A stretch of 64,000 nt of DNA from an uncultured Lentisphaerales bacterium. Lineage in GTDB: Bacteria > Verrucomicrobiota > Lentisphaeria > JABSQK01 > UBA12247. Under the pieces are notes generated by a model that worked only from the letters and a program-made list of their open reading frames with translations, was not told where the DNA came from and made no database searches. Within the stretch, counting starts at the first letter, position 1, and the number at the start of each line of letters is the position of its first letter. A program made the translations under genes and the position numbers. Where the stretch lies: positions 96,001 to 160,000 of the forward strand of contig CALSSJ010000023.1 of assembly GCA_943788985.1 (NCBI GenBank). The letters run 5' to 3'. Shown here piece after piece: positions 1 through 9,572 of the stretch.

Positions 1-403
1 CGAGCGGACCGTCAACCTTTGGGTGCGCGACCAATCTCCCGACTGGCAACTTGGCCTGAAGCTGGCGAACCTAGACTGCGCCGTCCTTATGAGCTATCAG
101 CTCCAGAAAAACTGGCAGGGCACTGTACGATTGCTCACGGTCGTCCGCGAGGCAAACCATCTCGAGCTTGCCAGAACCTTTCTTACCGATCTTCTTAGAC
201 TGGCCCGGATGTCGAAGAACGTCGCCATTGATGTCCGCCAGGGGAGCTTTGCCACTGCCCTTCAGGATGCACCGAGAGCGGACCTCCACATCTTCGGTCT
301 TGCCTCGGAAACCACCGTCACGTCCATGCGTACGCTCGTCCAGAGCGTGGAAGGCTCCTGCCTGTTTGTTCTCGACTCAGGCTCAGAAAGTGCCCTTGCC
401 TGA
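1..403 (+). CDS. C-terminal part of an amino acid permease / cation-chloride cotransporter-like protein (5' truncated by the window edge)
   Basis: Translation ends 'ADLHIFGL...SCLFVLDSGSESALA', typical of the cytoplasmic C-terminal domain of bacterial SLC12/CCC-like amino acid permeases. The frame appears to continue upstream of position 23. Confidence 0.7.
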   Translation, partial: ERTVNLWVRDQSPDWQLGLKLANLDCAVLMSYQLQKNWQGTVRLLTVVREANHLELARTFLTDLLRLARMSKNVAIDVRQGSFATALQDAPRADLHIFGLASETTVTSMRTLVQSVEGSCLFVLDSGSESALA

Positions 404-404
404 G

Positions 405-1703
405 TCAGCGCGCCGGTAACACTTCCACATACTCCGATTCATCAGTTAGCCGATCCCATCCGGCTCGGCAAATCTCGATGTTCTGCGCCAGTTCACCACT
501 CTGGAATCGTCTGCGCAGCCGCGTGAGAACTTGCCCCTCTTTCAGCAGGCCTCGCAATGAGCCAATCGCCTTAAACTCCTGGTCTGACGCAACCCGCCAC
601 AGGTAGCCTTCCGGCTTAAAAGCTTTGCTCCGCGCGACGCGTCGCTCGATCTCATCCGCGGCATCAGACATCGCCACACGATCAGAACGGTCCGTGCCTT
701 CATATCCTTCATCGACATTTGGCAGTGCCTCACTGTAACTGCCGTCTCCCGTCGTCAAGCTGATATCAGTACTCGTCAGCCGCTTGCACCACTCCAAGCG
801 CGTAGGCTCAATTCCCGACGCCCCAGTGCTCCCTCTTTCGAAGTCGAACCCCAAAGCCTTTGCAAGGCCCGCTACGCTTCCTGCATGAGCAGCCATCTGA
901 TCGTACCAAGCTTGAGCCCCCCACGGTAAGGCCTCTCCCCGCGGCATCCGCCCCTGAGCCCGCCTCAGTTGGTCCAGCCATGCGAACTGATAGCTCAGAT
1001 CATCCGGCAGATCTAGCTTTGTGCTTCCGTGCAAGTAGAATGTTACCGGTAGCTGCCCTGACACTCCGGAGCGCAGCGAGCGCAGCGGGTAGACCGCCGG
1101 GCGCTCGCTTCGAAAGCTAATCACAACCGGAACAGTTCGCGCAGAAATGGCCGCCGCTCCCGCCCGCCCCATGTAGTGCGTGTCAAAATAGAGAGCATTT
1201 AGATACCAATCACCAAGTGCAAACTCCGCAATGGTCGACTCCCGCCCTTTCGATGAAACCCGCCGATCCGCAAGCCACGAGTACAGCTCCCTGGCTCGCT
1301 TGGGCGCAAACGCCCTGTGCTCCACAAGCATGGCTTCCATCAGCCCCTGTGACTCGGCCGCCACCGCCTCTGCGGTCAGCGCCACATCCCCCAACAGAAC
1401 CGAACGCGGTTGCTCCCTTTGCTTAAGCCGGGTAAAGGCCATCAAGCCATCAAACAGGCCACCAGGAGCCGCCTCGATGCGCCCTCTCATCGGTGTCGGT
1501 AAAAGCAGCACAAACGCTCCCCCCTTTCCCCCAAGGTCGTACTGCATGCACCAGGTATGGATATCGCTCGAAGCGTCAAACGATAGCAATGCCTGGTGAG
1601 AGGAGATCCGTAGTCCAGTCCCTTCTCCCTGAAGCAGAATTCCTGCCTGTGTGTACCCACACAACAGGGCAAAACACCCGAGACTAATGAATCGGATACG
1701 CAT
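405..1703 (-). CDS. Exported protein, DUF2330-like
   Basis: Likely ATG at 1703 (MRIRFISLGCFALLCGYTQAG, signal-peptide-like). Segments 'QALLSFD..IHTWCMQYDL..AFVLLLPTP..IEAAP..LFDGL', 'LYSWL' and 'PVVISFRSERPAVYPLR' resemble DUF2330. Overlaps the pyrB stop. Confidence 0.6.
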   Translation of the reverse strand: MRIRFISLGCFALLCGYTQAGILLQGEGTGLRISSHQALLSFDASSDIHTWCMQYDLGGKGGAFVLLLPTPMRGRIEAAPGGLFDGLMAFTRLKQREQPRSVLLGDVALTAEAVAAESQGLMEAMLVEHRAFAPKRARELYSWLADRRVSSKGRESTIAEFALGDWYLNALYFDTHYMGRAGAAAISARTVPVVISFRSERPAVYPLRSLRSGVSGQLPVTFYLHGSTKLDLPDDLSYQFAWLDQLRRAQGRMPRGEALPWGAQAWYDQMAAHAGSVAGLAKALGFDFERGSTGASGIEPTRLEWCKRLTSTDISLTTGDGSYSEALPNVDEGYEGTDRSDRVAMSDAADEIERRVARSKAFKPEGYLWRVASDQEFKAIGSLRGLLKEGQVLTRLRRRFQSGELAQNIEICRAGWDRLTDESEYVEVLPAR

Positions 1704-2775
1704 GTGCCAAAATAGCAGCGTCGGCTTTAAACAAGGCCGCAATAATCGCAACCCGCATCCACATCCCGTTTCGCTCCTGACGCCAATACACGACACGACC
1801 GTCTCCTGAGTAATCCACCGCTTCATCGATCTCGTCGCGCTTCGGTAACGGATGCAACAAGCACCCAGACTGCTTCAACATATCCAAGTGCCGCAGCCCA
1901 AACCGGAAGCGCTCTGGAGTTGCCACATGACCGTCGCTAGCCGCCAGGCCATCCCACTCGTCCTGGATCCGCGTCATGTAGACTGCATCCGCATCCTTGA
2001 TGCCATCATCAATCGAATCCACACAAGAATACGGAATCGAATGAAGGTCCAAAAATGTACAGACATCTGCTGACATTTGATAACGGTCTGGGGCTGCGAA
2101 AATTAACCGTACTCCTGGGTAATGCCGCATCATGTAAGACAAAGAGCGAACAGTGCGCCCTCTCTTAAGGTCTCCAACCATCATTATGGTTTTCCCCGCG
2201 ATTCCGCCATGCTGATCAAAGCTTTTCTGAAGCGTGTAAACATCAAGCAACGCCTGAGTTGGATGCTCCTCTGTACCTGCCCCACCCGACACAATCGGAA
2301 CCATTTGCTCCCCATCCCCCACCAAGAGCCGCCGCTCAGAATTCCAAGAGATCCAAAAAGCGGCCTTCACAGCATTTTCATCCTCATGGCGCATCACGAT
2401 CATATCCACATAAGACATGAACGTTCGAATCGAGTCCACCAAGGATTCGCCCTTCGACATCGAACTAATCTTGAGATCACGAAGAGACATTCGTCGCATG
2501 CCCAGAATCGTCTGCGCAGCGCTGAACGACAGAAACGTTCGAGAGCTCGGCTGCACAAAGAAATTCAAAGCCGTCCGGTGACGAAGGAGGCTTGCCAATA
2601 AATCTGCCCCAGCATCTGTTTTGTGAATGATCCGGCACGCATCTGCAACTTTGCAATAATGGTCCAATTGGGAACGATCAAACTGCTCCGCGTATAGAAT
2701 TGAATTTTTCCCAATAAGCGGAAGTTGCTGCTCTTTTGTGATAGCAAGGAACTGTGGAAGAGAATATCGTTTCAT
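1684..2775 (-). CDS. pyrB: Aspartate carbamoyltransferase catalytic subunit
   Basis: Motifs F-x-x-P-SSRT-x-x-SF, KGESLxD, MRH, HPTQALLD, GDLKRGRTVRSL, YMTRIQDE and HPLP. Confidence 0.93.
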   Translation of the reverse strand: MKRYSLPQFLAITKEQQLPLIGKNSILYAEQFDRSQLDHYCKVADACRIIHKTDAGADLLASLLRHRTALNFFVQPSSRTFLSFSAAQTILGMRRMSLRDLKISSMSKGESLVDSIRTFMSYVDMIVMRHEDENAVKAAFWISWNSERRLLVGDGEQMVPIVSGGAGTEEHPTQALLDVYTLQKSFDQHGGIAGKTIMMVGDLKRGRTVRSLSYMMRHYPGVRLIFAAPDRYQMSADVCTFLDLHSIPYSCVDSIDDGIKDADAVYMTRIQDEWDGLAASDGHVATPERFRFGLRHLDMLKQSGCLLHPLPKRDEIDEAVDYSGDGRVVYWRQERNGMWMRVAIIAALFKADAAILAHAYPIH

Positions 2776-2907
2776 AGGGCACTCATTCTTGTCACGCTAC
2801 TGCATTCCGGATACTGCAACTTATTAGAGATTACGCCGAGGTCCACACGAACCGCCCAAACCTGATCGTAATCGCCCTTTGCCGGTGGGCCGGGCACAAG
2901 CTTCTAC

Positions 2908-3867
2908 TCATCCGAGATCTCCCGGGCCGGCTCTGCCTCGGCATAGACTAAAAAAGCCCTCTCCCGTGAGAGAGCGAGCTTCGCATAGGCGGCGCTTCTC
3001 TGCGCGCCCCACGCCCAAAACATCGATCGCCACCATGCGCACGAAGCCCTGCGTCCCGATCACCGCGCCGTTGCTCCAGTACGCGGCCTTCCGCAGAAAG
3101 GAAGCAACCCTAACCCCCTCTTCCTTCGCCCTTCGGTACGCGCTTTGGATACTTTCGCTTGTTGCACCGTCCTGTTCTGCGGCAATCGTCCGTGCCATAT
3201 CCCCCTTCAGCTCGGCAGCTACCTGATTGGCCGAACAAAAGTGTGCACCGTCCCCCAGTGTGCGTGCCATATGCCGTAGAAATGCTCCTCCACATGGATG
3301 CCTCCCACACCCGTGCCAGGCTCCCCAACTGGAATGGCGATAGTCACCCGGCTCGTTCACGAGTCCCGCCCGCACTGGGTTCAACTCCACGTACTTTACA
3401 CAGCTCCAGAGTGCCGTCTTGCCGTCTAGTAGGACACTTTTGAAGCGGTCGCCCCACAACCGGCCACGGCGACGCTTCGCGCGGCTCTCATTGAACCACA
3501 TCGTGAAGAGCTGCTGCAAGTCTTTCATCAACATACTGAAGTCACACAGTCGGTCCTGGACAGCCGGTAGCCCTGGTGACTCCGGGGTCATAACGCGCCG
3601 CCCTTCGTAGTAGGCGTTGTACCGAGCCACCGTCTCTTCTACTCCCGCCTTCTTCCCAGATGCGTAGAGAACCACGTGAAAATGGTTACTCATCACCACG
3701 TACGAGATCACCTCCACAGTATAGAACTGATCCAAGCGCCTGAGCAGCTTGACAAACATCTCCTTCTCAAGCTCCCCGAGCGGGCGCTCATCGGCATAGC
3801 CACCGCAGCGGTTAATGCAGTGGTAGTAGGCCCCACCGCCTTGATATTTGATCCGTGCTGTTCTCAT
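2908..3867 (-). mobile_element. Y1 HUH transposase (IS200/RAYT, REP-associated tyrosine transposase-like)
   Basis: N-terminal 'YYHCINR', HUH motif 'MSNHFHVVL', 'LWGDRFKS' and catalytic-Tyr motif 'YVELNPVRAGLV..PGDYRHSS'. Confidence 0.9.
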
Positions 3868-3911
3868 AAATCATTCAGTACTAGAACTTCTTGAAAAGGC
3901 AAATCCAGTTT

Positions 3912-3939
3912 ATTAAAATGGGGTCTGTCCCTTAATTTT
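3912..3939. repeat. Short imperfect palindrome GGGGTCTGTCCC in AT-rich flanks upstream of the Y1 transposase (possible REP-like end or recognition site)
   Basis: The sequence attaaaatGGGGTCTGTCCCttaatttt lies about 50 bp upstream of the transposase start. Confidence 0.45.
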
Positions 3940-3996
3940 CGACGAGGAGAACGGGACTTGCTCGCACCTCGAGTTTTGTGGTTACCGCAGAAGGCG

Positions 3997-4878
3997 CTAC
4001 TCGCGTGGAAAGGCCAATGTGTCAGCGATATTATCTGTCTTACCCATTGCCATGATCAGGCGGTCCACGCCTATGGCAATGCCGCCTGTCGGAGGCATAC
4101 CCGCCTCCAAGGCACCAAGGAAGGCTTCATCTAATGGGTACACTTCGTGCCCTGCGTGCGCTCGTGTCGACGCAGACTCTTCGAACCGGGCGCGCTGCTC
4201 CCCGGCATCGACCAATTCTGAATAGGCGTTCGCCAGCTCTAAGCCGTTGGCGTACAACTCCCAGCGCTCGGCGACCTCGGGATTCTGCGGAGACCGCCGC
4301 GCTAGGGCTGCCAGCTTTGTGGGATAATCGATCAGAACGGTCGGGCGGCCGACCCCAAGGTGCCGCTCGATACGGTCCACAAGGAGATAGTCAAAATCGC
4401 CCTGCTCTACCGCCTGCACCGCAGAGATGTGGGTGTAGCGCCGGAAGGCCTCCTCGACGGTGAGTACCTCCCATTCACTGCCCCAAAACGCGGCTTCAGT
4501 CACGGCAAGAGCTCTGCTCACGTGCCGGAAAAGCCCTTGCGTCCTGCGTAAGATATCTCGGTAGTCGGCATTTCCTTCATAGAACTCTAGCATGCAGAAC
4601 TCGCTGCGATGCCGTCGACCGTGTTCACCAGCACGGAAACACGGTCCAAGCTGGTAGATTCGCTCGGCTCCAGCCTGAATCAGACGCTTCATGTGAAGCT
4701 CGGGTGAGGTTCGTAGCCACCAACTGCCAGCCGGAATCGCGTCTATGGTGTCTTCGAGGGCTGGAATCCGAACCCGGACCGGGGTGCTGACTTCGCAGAA
4801 GCCCTGGCTGTCTAGATAGCCCCGGATCTCACGATATACGGAAGCGCGAAGCTGAAGCGACTCAGCCCTTACGGACAC
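3997..4878 (-). CDS. epmA: EF-P lysine aminoacylase (LysRS paralog lacking the anticodon domain)
   Basis: 'LRTSPELHMKRL', 'FRAGE.GRRH..EF.MLEFY', 'AERWELYANGLELANAYSEL' and 'GMPPTGGIAIGVDRL'; lies directly downstream of efp. Confidence 0.92.
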   Translation of the reverse strand: MSVRAESLQLRASVYREIRGYLDSQGFCEVSTPVRVRIPALEDTIDAIPAGSWWLRTSPELHMKRLIQAGAERIYQLGPCFRAGEHGRRHRSEFCMLEFYEGNADYRDILRRTQGLFRHVSRALAVTEAAFWGSEWEVLTVEEAFRRYTHISAVQAVEQGDFDYLLVDRIERHLGVGRPTVLIDYPTKLAALARRSPQNPEVAERWELYANGLELANAYSELVDAGEQRARFEESASTRAHAGHEVYPLDEAFLGALEAGMPPTGGIAIGVDRLIMAMGKTDNIADTLAFPRE

Positions 4879-5428
4879 GTTCGCTGTATTCGCCGGTACG
4901 CGTGTCTATTTTGATCACGTCGCCTTCGTTGATCCACAAGGGTACCTGCACCTCGTATCCACTGTCAAGGGCCGCAGGCTTAAGCGTATTGGTGGCTGTA
5001 TCACCTTTGGCGCCAGGCTCCGTGTACTGGATGGTCTTATCGATAAAAATCGGCAACGTAACTTCCAAAGGCAGGTCGTTGTAATACAGAATTTTGCAGG
5101 CAGCGTTCTCGACGAGAAAGTGCACCTGGTCGCCCAGCAGATCCCCGGAGATATAGGTCTCCTCGAAGGTAGAATTGTCGCTGAAGACATACTCCTCGCC
5201 GGTGCTGTATAAGTAGGTTTGATCGCGTTCTTCCAACTGAGGCTTGGCGTGGCGATCATTGGGCCGGAACGTGCGCTCCATTGTATTACCGGTGATCATA
5301 TTCTTGAGCTTGGTTCTGTATAAGGCGAGACCTTTCCCCGGCTTGCAGAAGTCAAACTCTACGATTTGCCAAGGCTGGCCGTCGATCTCGACTTTCAGCC
5401 CCTTCCGTAGGTCCGAGCTATTGTACAT
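4862..5428 (-). CDS. efp: Elongation factor P
   Basis: 'KPGKG' loop, 'PGAKGDTAT..LKPA.L.SG..VQVPLWI..GD.IKIDTRTGEY..R'; 188 aa. Confidence 0.97.
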   Translation of the reverse strand: MYNSSDLRKGLKVEIDGQPWQIVEFDFCKPGKGLALYRTKLKNMITGNTMERTFRPNDRHAKPQLEERDQTYLYSTGEEYVFSDNSTFEETYISGDLLGDQVHFLVENAACKILYYNDLPLEVTLPIFIDKTIQYTEPGAKGDTATNTLKPAALDSGYEVQVPLWINEGDVIKIDTRTGEYSERVRKG

Positions 5429-5470
5429 TCTTGCTCCCCAAAATGCCTAAAATTTTTGCGACCGGGCGGC

Positions 5471-5800
5471 TCAGCCTTCCTGGCGCAGTGCCACTCCAAA
5501 CTTGACCACATCATCTACCGAGCGCGCCGCGGTCTGAACTCGGCTTATCGCGGTGGTGACCTTGGTGATGTCGGCGTATGCATCCTGTGCCGCTGCCGCT
5601 GCCAGCGCTAACGCGTGCAGAGCATTCAGATAGATCTCCTGCGTGGGCTCTAGGTCCTGCCGGATAACCTCTTCCCAAAGCACCATGAGGAGGTGTACGA
5701 GTTTACGAAGCTCACGCTCCGTATTCGCCTCGGTCGCTAGCTGCTGAACTTTGTTCAGCGTATTGGCGAGCTCTGTAATTTCGCTGCGTAGGGTTGCCAT
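5471..5800 (-). CDS. Hypothetical small alpha-helical protein
   Basis: 109-aa ORF with an ATG start and a plausible RBS (GGAGA), co-oriented between ahcY and efp; amphipathic helical pattern. Confidence 0.7.
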   Translation of the reverse strand: MATLRSEITELANTLNKVQQLATEANTERELRKLVHLLMVLWEEVIRQDLEPTQEIYLNALHALALAAAAAQDAYADITKVTTAISRVQTAARSVDDVVKFGVALRQEG

Positions 5801-5815
5801 GCGGCGGTTCTCCGA

Positions 5816-7234
5816 TCAGTAGCGGTAATGTTCAGGCTTGAAGGGGCCGGACACGTCAATACCGAGGTAGTCCGCTTGCTCCTCGCTCAGAGTCGACATC
5901 TTAACGCCGATTCGTGCCAAATGAAGGCGGGCAACCTCTTCGTCGAGATGCTTGGGTAGAACAGTCACGCCAATCTCTCGCTTATTTTCCCACAGATCAA
6001 TCTGCGCCAAGACTTGATTGGTAAAGGAAGCACTCATCACGAAGCTTGGGTGACCGGTGGCGCAGCCGAGGTTCACCAGGCGACCTTCAGCAAGGAGGTA
6101 GATGCTGTTGCCATTGGCAAACGTGTACCGGTCCACTTGTGGCTTGATCGTGAGCTTCTTCACACCGGCAAGTTCGTCAAGCTTCTCGACTTGGATCTCA
6201 TTATCGAAGTGGCCGATATTGCAGACGATCGCTTGATCGCGCATATTCGCCATATGCTCTGCCGTAATGATATCTTTGTTCCCCGTACAGGTCACGTAGA
6301 TGTCGGCGGTAGGCAGGGCTTCTTCGATGGTTGTAACCTGAAAGCCAGCCATCGCGGCCTGTAAGGCACAAATTGGGTCCACCTCAGTAACAATAATCCG
6401 GCACCCTAGTCCCAGCAGAGCCTGGGCGCAGCCCTTGCCAACGTCACCATAGCCACAGACCACGGCGACCTTTCCAGCAATCATGACGTCCGTAGCGCGC
6501 TTGATCCCGTCCACCAATGATTCACGGCAACCGTAGAGGTTATCAAACTTGGCCTTCGTCACTGAGTCGTTGACGTTAATCGCGGGAACGAGCAACTCCC
6601 CTGCCGCCATCATCTGATACAAGCGATGCACACCAGTAGTGGTCTCCTCGGAGACGCCACGCCAGCTGGAAACCATATCGTGCCAGAAAGTAGGATTCTC
6701 CGCCAAGCGCTCTTTGATGACGCGGTGAACAATGGCGAGTTCTTTGTTGTCGGTTGGCACATCAAGGAACGCTGCATCGTCCTCTGCAGCAAAGCCGCGA
6801 TGTGCAGCCAGCGTCGCGTCACCACCGTCATCGACGATAAGATTTGGTCCATTGCCATCCGGGAAGGTAAGCGCCTTCATCGTGCAATCCCAATACTCAT
6901 CTAGCGTCTCGCCCTTCCAGGCGAAGACTGGCACACCGGAAGCTGCAATTGCCGCTGCGGCATGGTCTTGGGTGCTAAAGATGTTACAGGACGCCCAGCG
7001 AACGTCAGCGCCAAGTGCGACTAACGTCTCGATCAGGACAGCTGTCTGAATCGTCATGTGCAAACTGCCGGAGATGCGCGCGCCAGCCAAAGGCTGCTGC
7101 GTACCATACTTCTCGCGCAAAGCGATTAGACCGGGCATTTCATGCTCGGCAATCTCTATTTCACGTCGTCCAAAATCGGCCAGGCCGATATCTTTTACTT
7201 CAAAATCCACATTCAACTCCGTTCTCTTATTCAT
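5816..7234 (-). CDS. ahcY: Adenosylhomocysteinase (SAH hydrolase)
   Basis: 'EMPGL', '[16 protein letters not shown]', 'SCNIFSTQD', 'EETTTGV', '[12 protein letters not shown]', 'GYGDVGKG' and C-terminal '[10 protein letters not shown]'. Start placed at the ATG at 7234, which overlaps the upstream stop. Confidence 0.98.
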   Translation of the reverse strand: MNKRTELNVDFEVKDIGLADFGRREIEIAEHEMPGLIALREKYGTQQPLAGARISGSLHMTIQTAVLIETLVALGADVRWASCNIFSTQDHAAAAIAASGVPVFAWKGETLDEYWDCTMKALTFPDGNGPNLIVDDGGDATLAAHRGFAAEDDAAFLDVPTDNKELAIVHRVIKERLAENPTFWHDMVSSWRGVSEETTTGVHRLYQMMAAGELLVPAINVNDSVTKAKFDNLYGCRESLVDGIKRATDVMIAGKVAVVCGYGDVGKGCAQALLGLGCRIIVTEVDPICALQAAMAGFQVTTIEEALPTADIYVTCTGNKDIITAEHMANMRDQAIVCNIGHFDNEIQVEKLDELAGVKKLTIKPQVDRYTFANGNSIYLLAEGRLVNLGCATGHPSFVMSASFTNQVLAQIDLWENKREIGVTVLPKHLDEEVARLHLARIGVKMSTLSEEQADYLGIDVSGPFKPEHYRY

Positions 7235-8210
7235 CGAGCCGTGCTCCAATATTATTCCATTTGCTATCGCTGATAACCGCTCCGGATTGTTGTACAACCG
7301 CGGCTCCTAACTTTGCGCCAAGCGCGCCGGCACGCGAGAGGTCCCAGCCATTTAGCCAGCCATACAGAAACCCGGCAGCCCAAAGGTCCCCTGCTCCCGT
7401 CGTATCGATGGCCTGCACGCGGTCGGCACCAGCCCTCGTAGACTCGCTCCCTGCGCGCAACAAGGCACCTTCTGGACCGAGTTTGACAGCCACCACGCGA
7501 CAGTGTTCTGCGAGGGTATCCAAAGCAACCTGCGGGTCATTGCTCCCGCAATGTGCGCGCGCCTCGTCTTCGTTGGCAAACACAACATCCACGTACTTAT
7601 CCAGCAACTCATCAAGGACATCACGGTTGGCCTCCACCACCTCGAACGAGGCCAAGTCCAGACTTACGCTGCACCCTGCGGACTTCGCAAGCTCTAGGAC
7701 ATGGCGCGCAAGGTCGCGATTAAACAGCACGTATCCCTCGATGTGCGCATGCCTTGCGGAAATGAAGTCAGCTGCCGAAAGCTCATCTGGTGCAAGGGTC
7801 ATCGCAGCACCCAGATTGGTCCGACAGGTACGTTCCGAGTCTGGAGTCACCAAGCTCAGACAGGCACCTGTAGGCACCGAGTCACTGGTCCGAATATAGG
7901 ACGTATCGACATTCTGTTGCGTTGCAGACGACAGGTAAAACTTGCCGCTGGGGTCGGTTCCGACCTTGCCAATAAAGCTTGCCGATGCACCGAGCCGAGC
8001 CATGCCGACGATCGTGTTTGCCGACGAGCCGCCTGGCGCACGAAGAAGCTCTACCGGCACACTCGCCACCAAGGCGTCGAGAGCTGCGGCATCCAGCAGT
8101 TCCATCCCGCCCTTGGCACCGGGAACCGATGACATGTACGACTCCGGGACATGAGCAATCATGTCCACCAACGGTGAGCCGACTCCGACGATATCGAATG
8201 GGCGCGCCAT
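7227..8210 (-). CDS. PfkB-family nucleoside kinase, probably adenosine kinase
   Basis: 'GSPLVD', 'KGGMEL', 'PGGSSANT', 'PDSERT', 'FANEDEA' and the PfkB signature '[14 protein letters not shown]'; sits between metK and ahcY. Confidence 0.85.
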   Translation of the reverse strand: MARPFDIVGVGSPLVDMIAHVPESYMSSVPGAKGGMELLDAAALDALVASVPVELLRAPGGSSANTIVGMARLGASASFIGKVGTDPSGKFYLSSATQQNVDTSYIRTSDSVPTGACLSLVTPDSERTCRTNLGAAMTLAPDELSAADFISARHAHIEGYVLFNRDLARHVLELAKSAGCSVSLDLASFEVVEANRDVLDELLDKYVDVVFANEDEARAHCGSNDPQVALDTLAEHCRVVAVKLGPEGALLRAGSESTRAGADRVQAIDTTGAGDLWAAGFLYGWLNGWDLSRAGALGAKLGAAVVQQSGAVISDSKWNNIGARLDE

Positions 8211-8218
8211 GACTGCGG

Positions 8219-9406
8219 TCAGCCTGCTGCCTGTTTCAAGTCGGCAGCCTTGTCAGTCTTCTCCCAAGGGAAAATCGACCGGCCGAAATGCCCACCCGCT
8301 GCGGTCTGGCGATAGCGCCAGCCCTGCGTGAAAGGGTGAAGAAGGTCCAGATGCGAGACGATCGCAGCGGGGCGAAAGTCGAAAATTCCGCCATCCTCGA
8401 GGATGGCCTGAAGTGCTGCGTCGGAAATCTTACCAGTACCGTACGTATCAACGTTTACGCTCAATGGGTGCGGCACGCCAATCGCGTACGACACCTGCAC
8501 TTCGCATTTATTAGCCAAGCCAGCTGCAACGATGTTCTTCGCGACATAGCGCCCCATGTATGCAGCAGAGCGGTCTACCTTGCTCGGATCCTTGCCTGAG
8601 AATGCACCGCCGCCATGGGAACCAACACCACCATAGGTATCCACGATAATCTTGCGGCCAGTAAGCCCGCAGTCACCGTGTGGTCCGCCGATCACGAAGC
8701 GACCGGTCGGATTCACGAAATAGGAAATGTCGTCATTTAGCAAGTTCGCTGGCACGACCTCCGCGACCACACCGCGTACCAGGTCTTCCAGTTGCTCCCG
8801 GGTCGCGTCCTCGCTGTGCTGGTGCGACACGACGACTGTTTCAACTGCGACAGGCAGTCCGTTGTCATAGCGCACAGATACCTGGCTTTTCGCATCGGGC
8901 CGGAGATAGCCATAGGCCGAATCATCGTGCCGGATCTCCGTCAGACGATTAAGAATCCCGTGTGAGAAGTGGATTGGTGCAGGCATCAGGTCAGGCGTCT
9001 CGTCGGACGCGTAGCCAAACATCATGCCTTGGTCGCCAGCCCCTTGCGCGCTGAACAGGCCAGCGCCTTCGTCCACGCCCTGCTGAATGTCGGCAGACTG
9101 CGTATCAATGCGCACAATCACCTCGGCGTCATCCGCGCTGAAGCCCAGGTCGGCGTGCGTGTAGCCAATTTCGCGAACTGTACGACGAGCGACTGCCGCA
9201 TAGTCTACCGGACTGCTCGTCGTAATTTCGCCAGCCACCACGATGAGATTTGTCGTTACCAACGTCTCACAGGCAACGCGGCTAGTCGGATCATGCTCAA
9301 GACAGGCGTCCAGAATGGCATCTGAAACCTGATCACTCACTTTGTCCGGATGTCCTTCTGACACCGACTCTGAGGTAAATACATGGTTGCCTTTAATCTT
9401 GCTCAT
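8219..9406 (-). CDS. metK: S-adenosylmethionine synthase
   Basis: '[13 protein letters not shown]', 'GAGDQG', '[14 protein letters not shown]' and '[15 protein letters not shown]'. Confidence 0.98.
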   Translation of the reverse strand: MSKIKGNHVFTSESVSEGHPDKVSDQVSDAILDACLEHDPTSRVACETLVTTNLIVVAGEITTSSPVDYAAVARRTVREIGYTHADLGFSADDAEVIVRIDTQSADIQQGVDEGAGLFSAQGAGDQGMMFGYASDETPDLMPAPIHFSHGILNRLTEIRHDDSAYGYLRPDAKSQVSVRYDNGLPVAVETVVVSHQHSEDATREQLEDLVRGVVAEVVPANLLNDDISYFVNPTGRFVIGGPHGDCGLTGRKIIVDTYGGVGSHGGGAFSGKDPSKVDRSAAYMGRYVAKNIVAAGLANKCEVQVSYAIGVPHPLSVNVDTYGTGKISDAALQAILEDGGIFDFRPAAIVSHLDLLHPFTQGWRYRQTAAGGHFGRSIFPWEKTDKAADLKQAAG

Positions 9407-9436
9407 GCGTCCAAACCTGTCTCCATTGATTTATTC

Positions 9437-9452
9437 ATCCGCATTAGCGGAT
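9437..9452. promoter_or_regulatory. Palindromic operator ATCCGC-N4-GCGGAT upstream of metK (SahR/SamR-like box)
   Basis: Perfect 6-4-6 inverted repeat about 30 bp upstream of the metK ATG and just downstream of a sigma70-like promoter. It has the ATC-NNN-N4-NNN-GAT layout of ArsR-family SAM-cycle regulators. Confidence 0.6.
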
Positions 9453-9474
9453 TCTTGCCGACTTAAAAGCGATT

Positions 9475-9502
9475 AACATGCCCATGTACCCGCAGATGTC
9501 AA
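9475..9502 (-). promoter_or_regulatory. Putative sigma70 promoter of the metK operon
   Basis: Exact TTGACA on the minus strand (9502-9497), followed 16 bp later by a weak -10-like CATGTT. Confidence 0.45.
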
Positions 9503-9540
9503 CTAAAATTTGTGGGTAGCACAGGGATAAAACTAGGCCA

Positions 9541-9560
9541 GCGTCACCCGGAGGTGACGC
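9541..9560 (-). terminator. Hairpin after V-ATPase subunit K, possible terminator
   Basis: Perfect 8-bp stem GCGTCACC/GGTGACGC with a 4-nt loop, 12 bp after the K stop; a short T-run follows on the minus strand. Confidence 0.5.
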
Positions 9561-9572
9561 GGCGTTTCCGCA

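Noticed and set aside
7235..7297. Extended N-termini from the ORF track (ahcY from 7297, DUF2330-like from 1826, pyk from 27990)
   Set aside because: They overlap upstream genes or terminator hairpins; downstream ATGs match the family N-termini better.
9407..9572. SAM or SAH riboswitch upstream of metK
   Set aside because: I could not recognise SAM-I/II/SAH consensus elements, and the leader after the putative promoter is short; a protein operator fits better. An Rfam scan would settle it.
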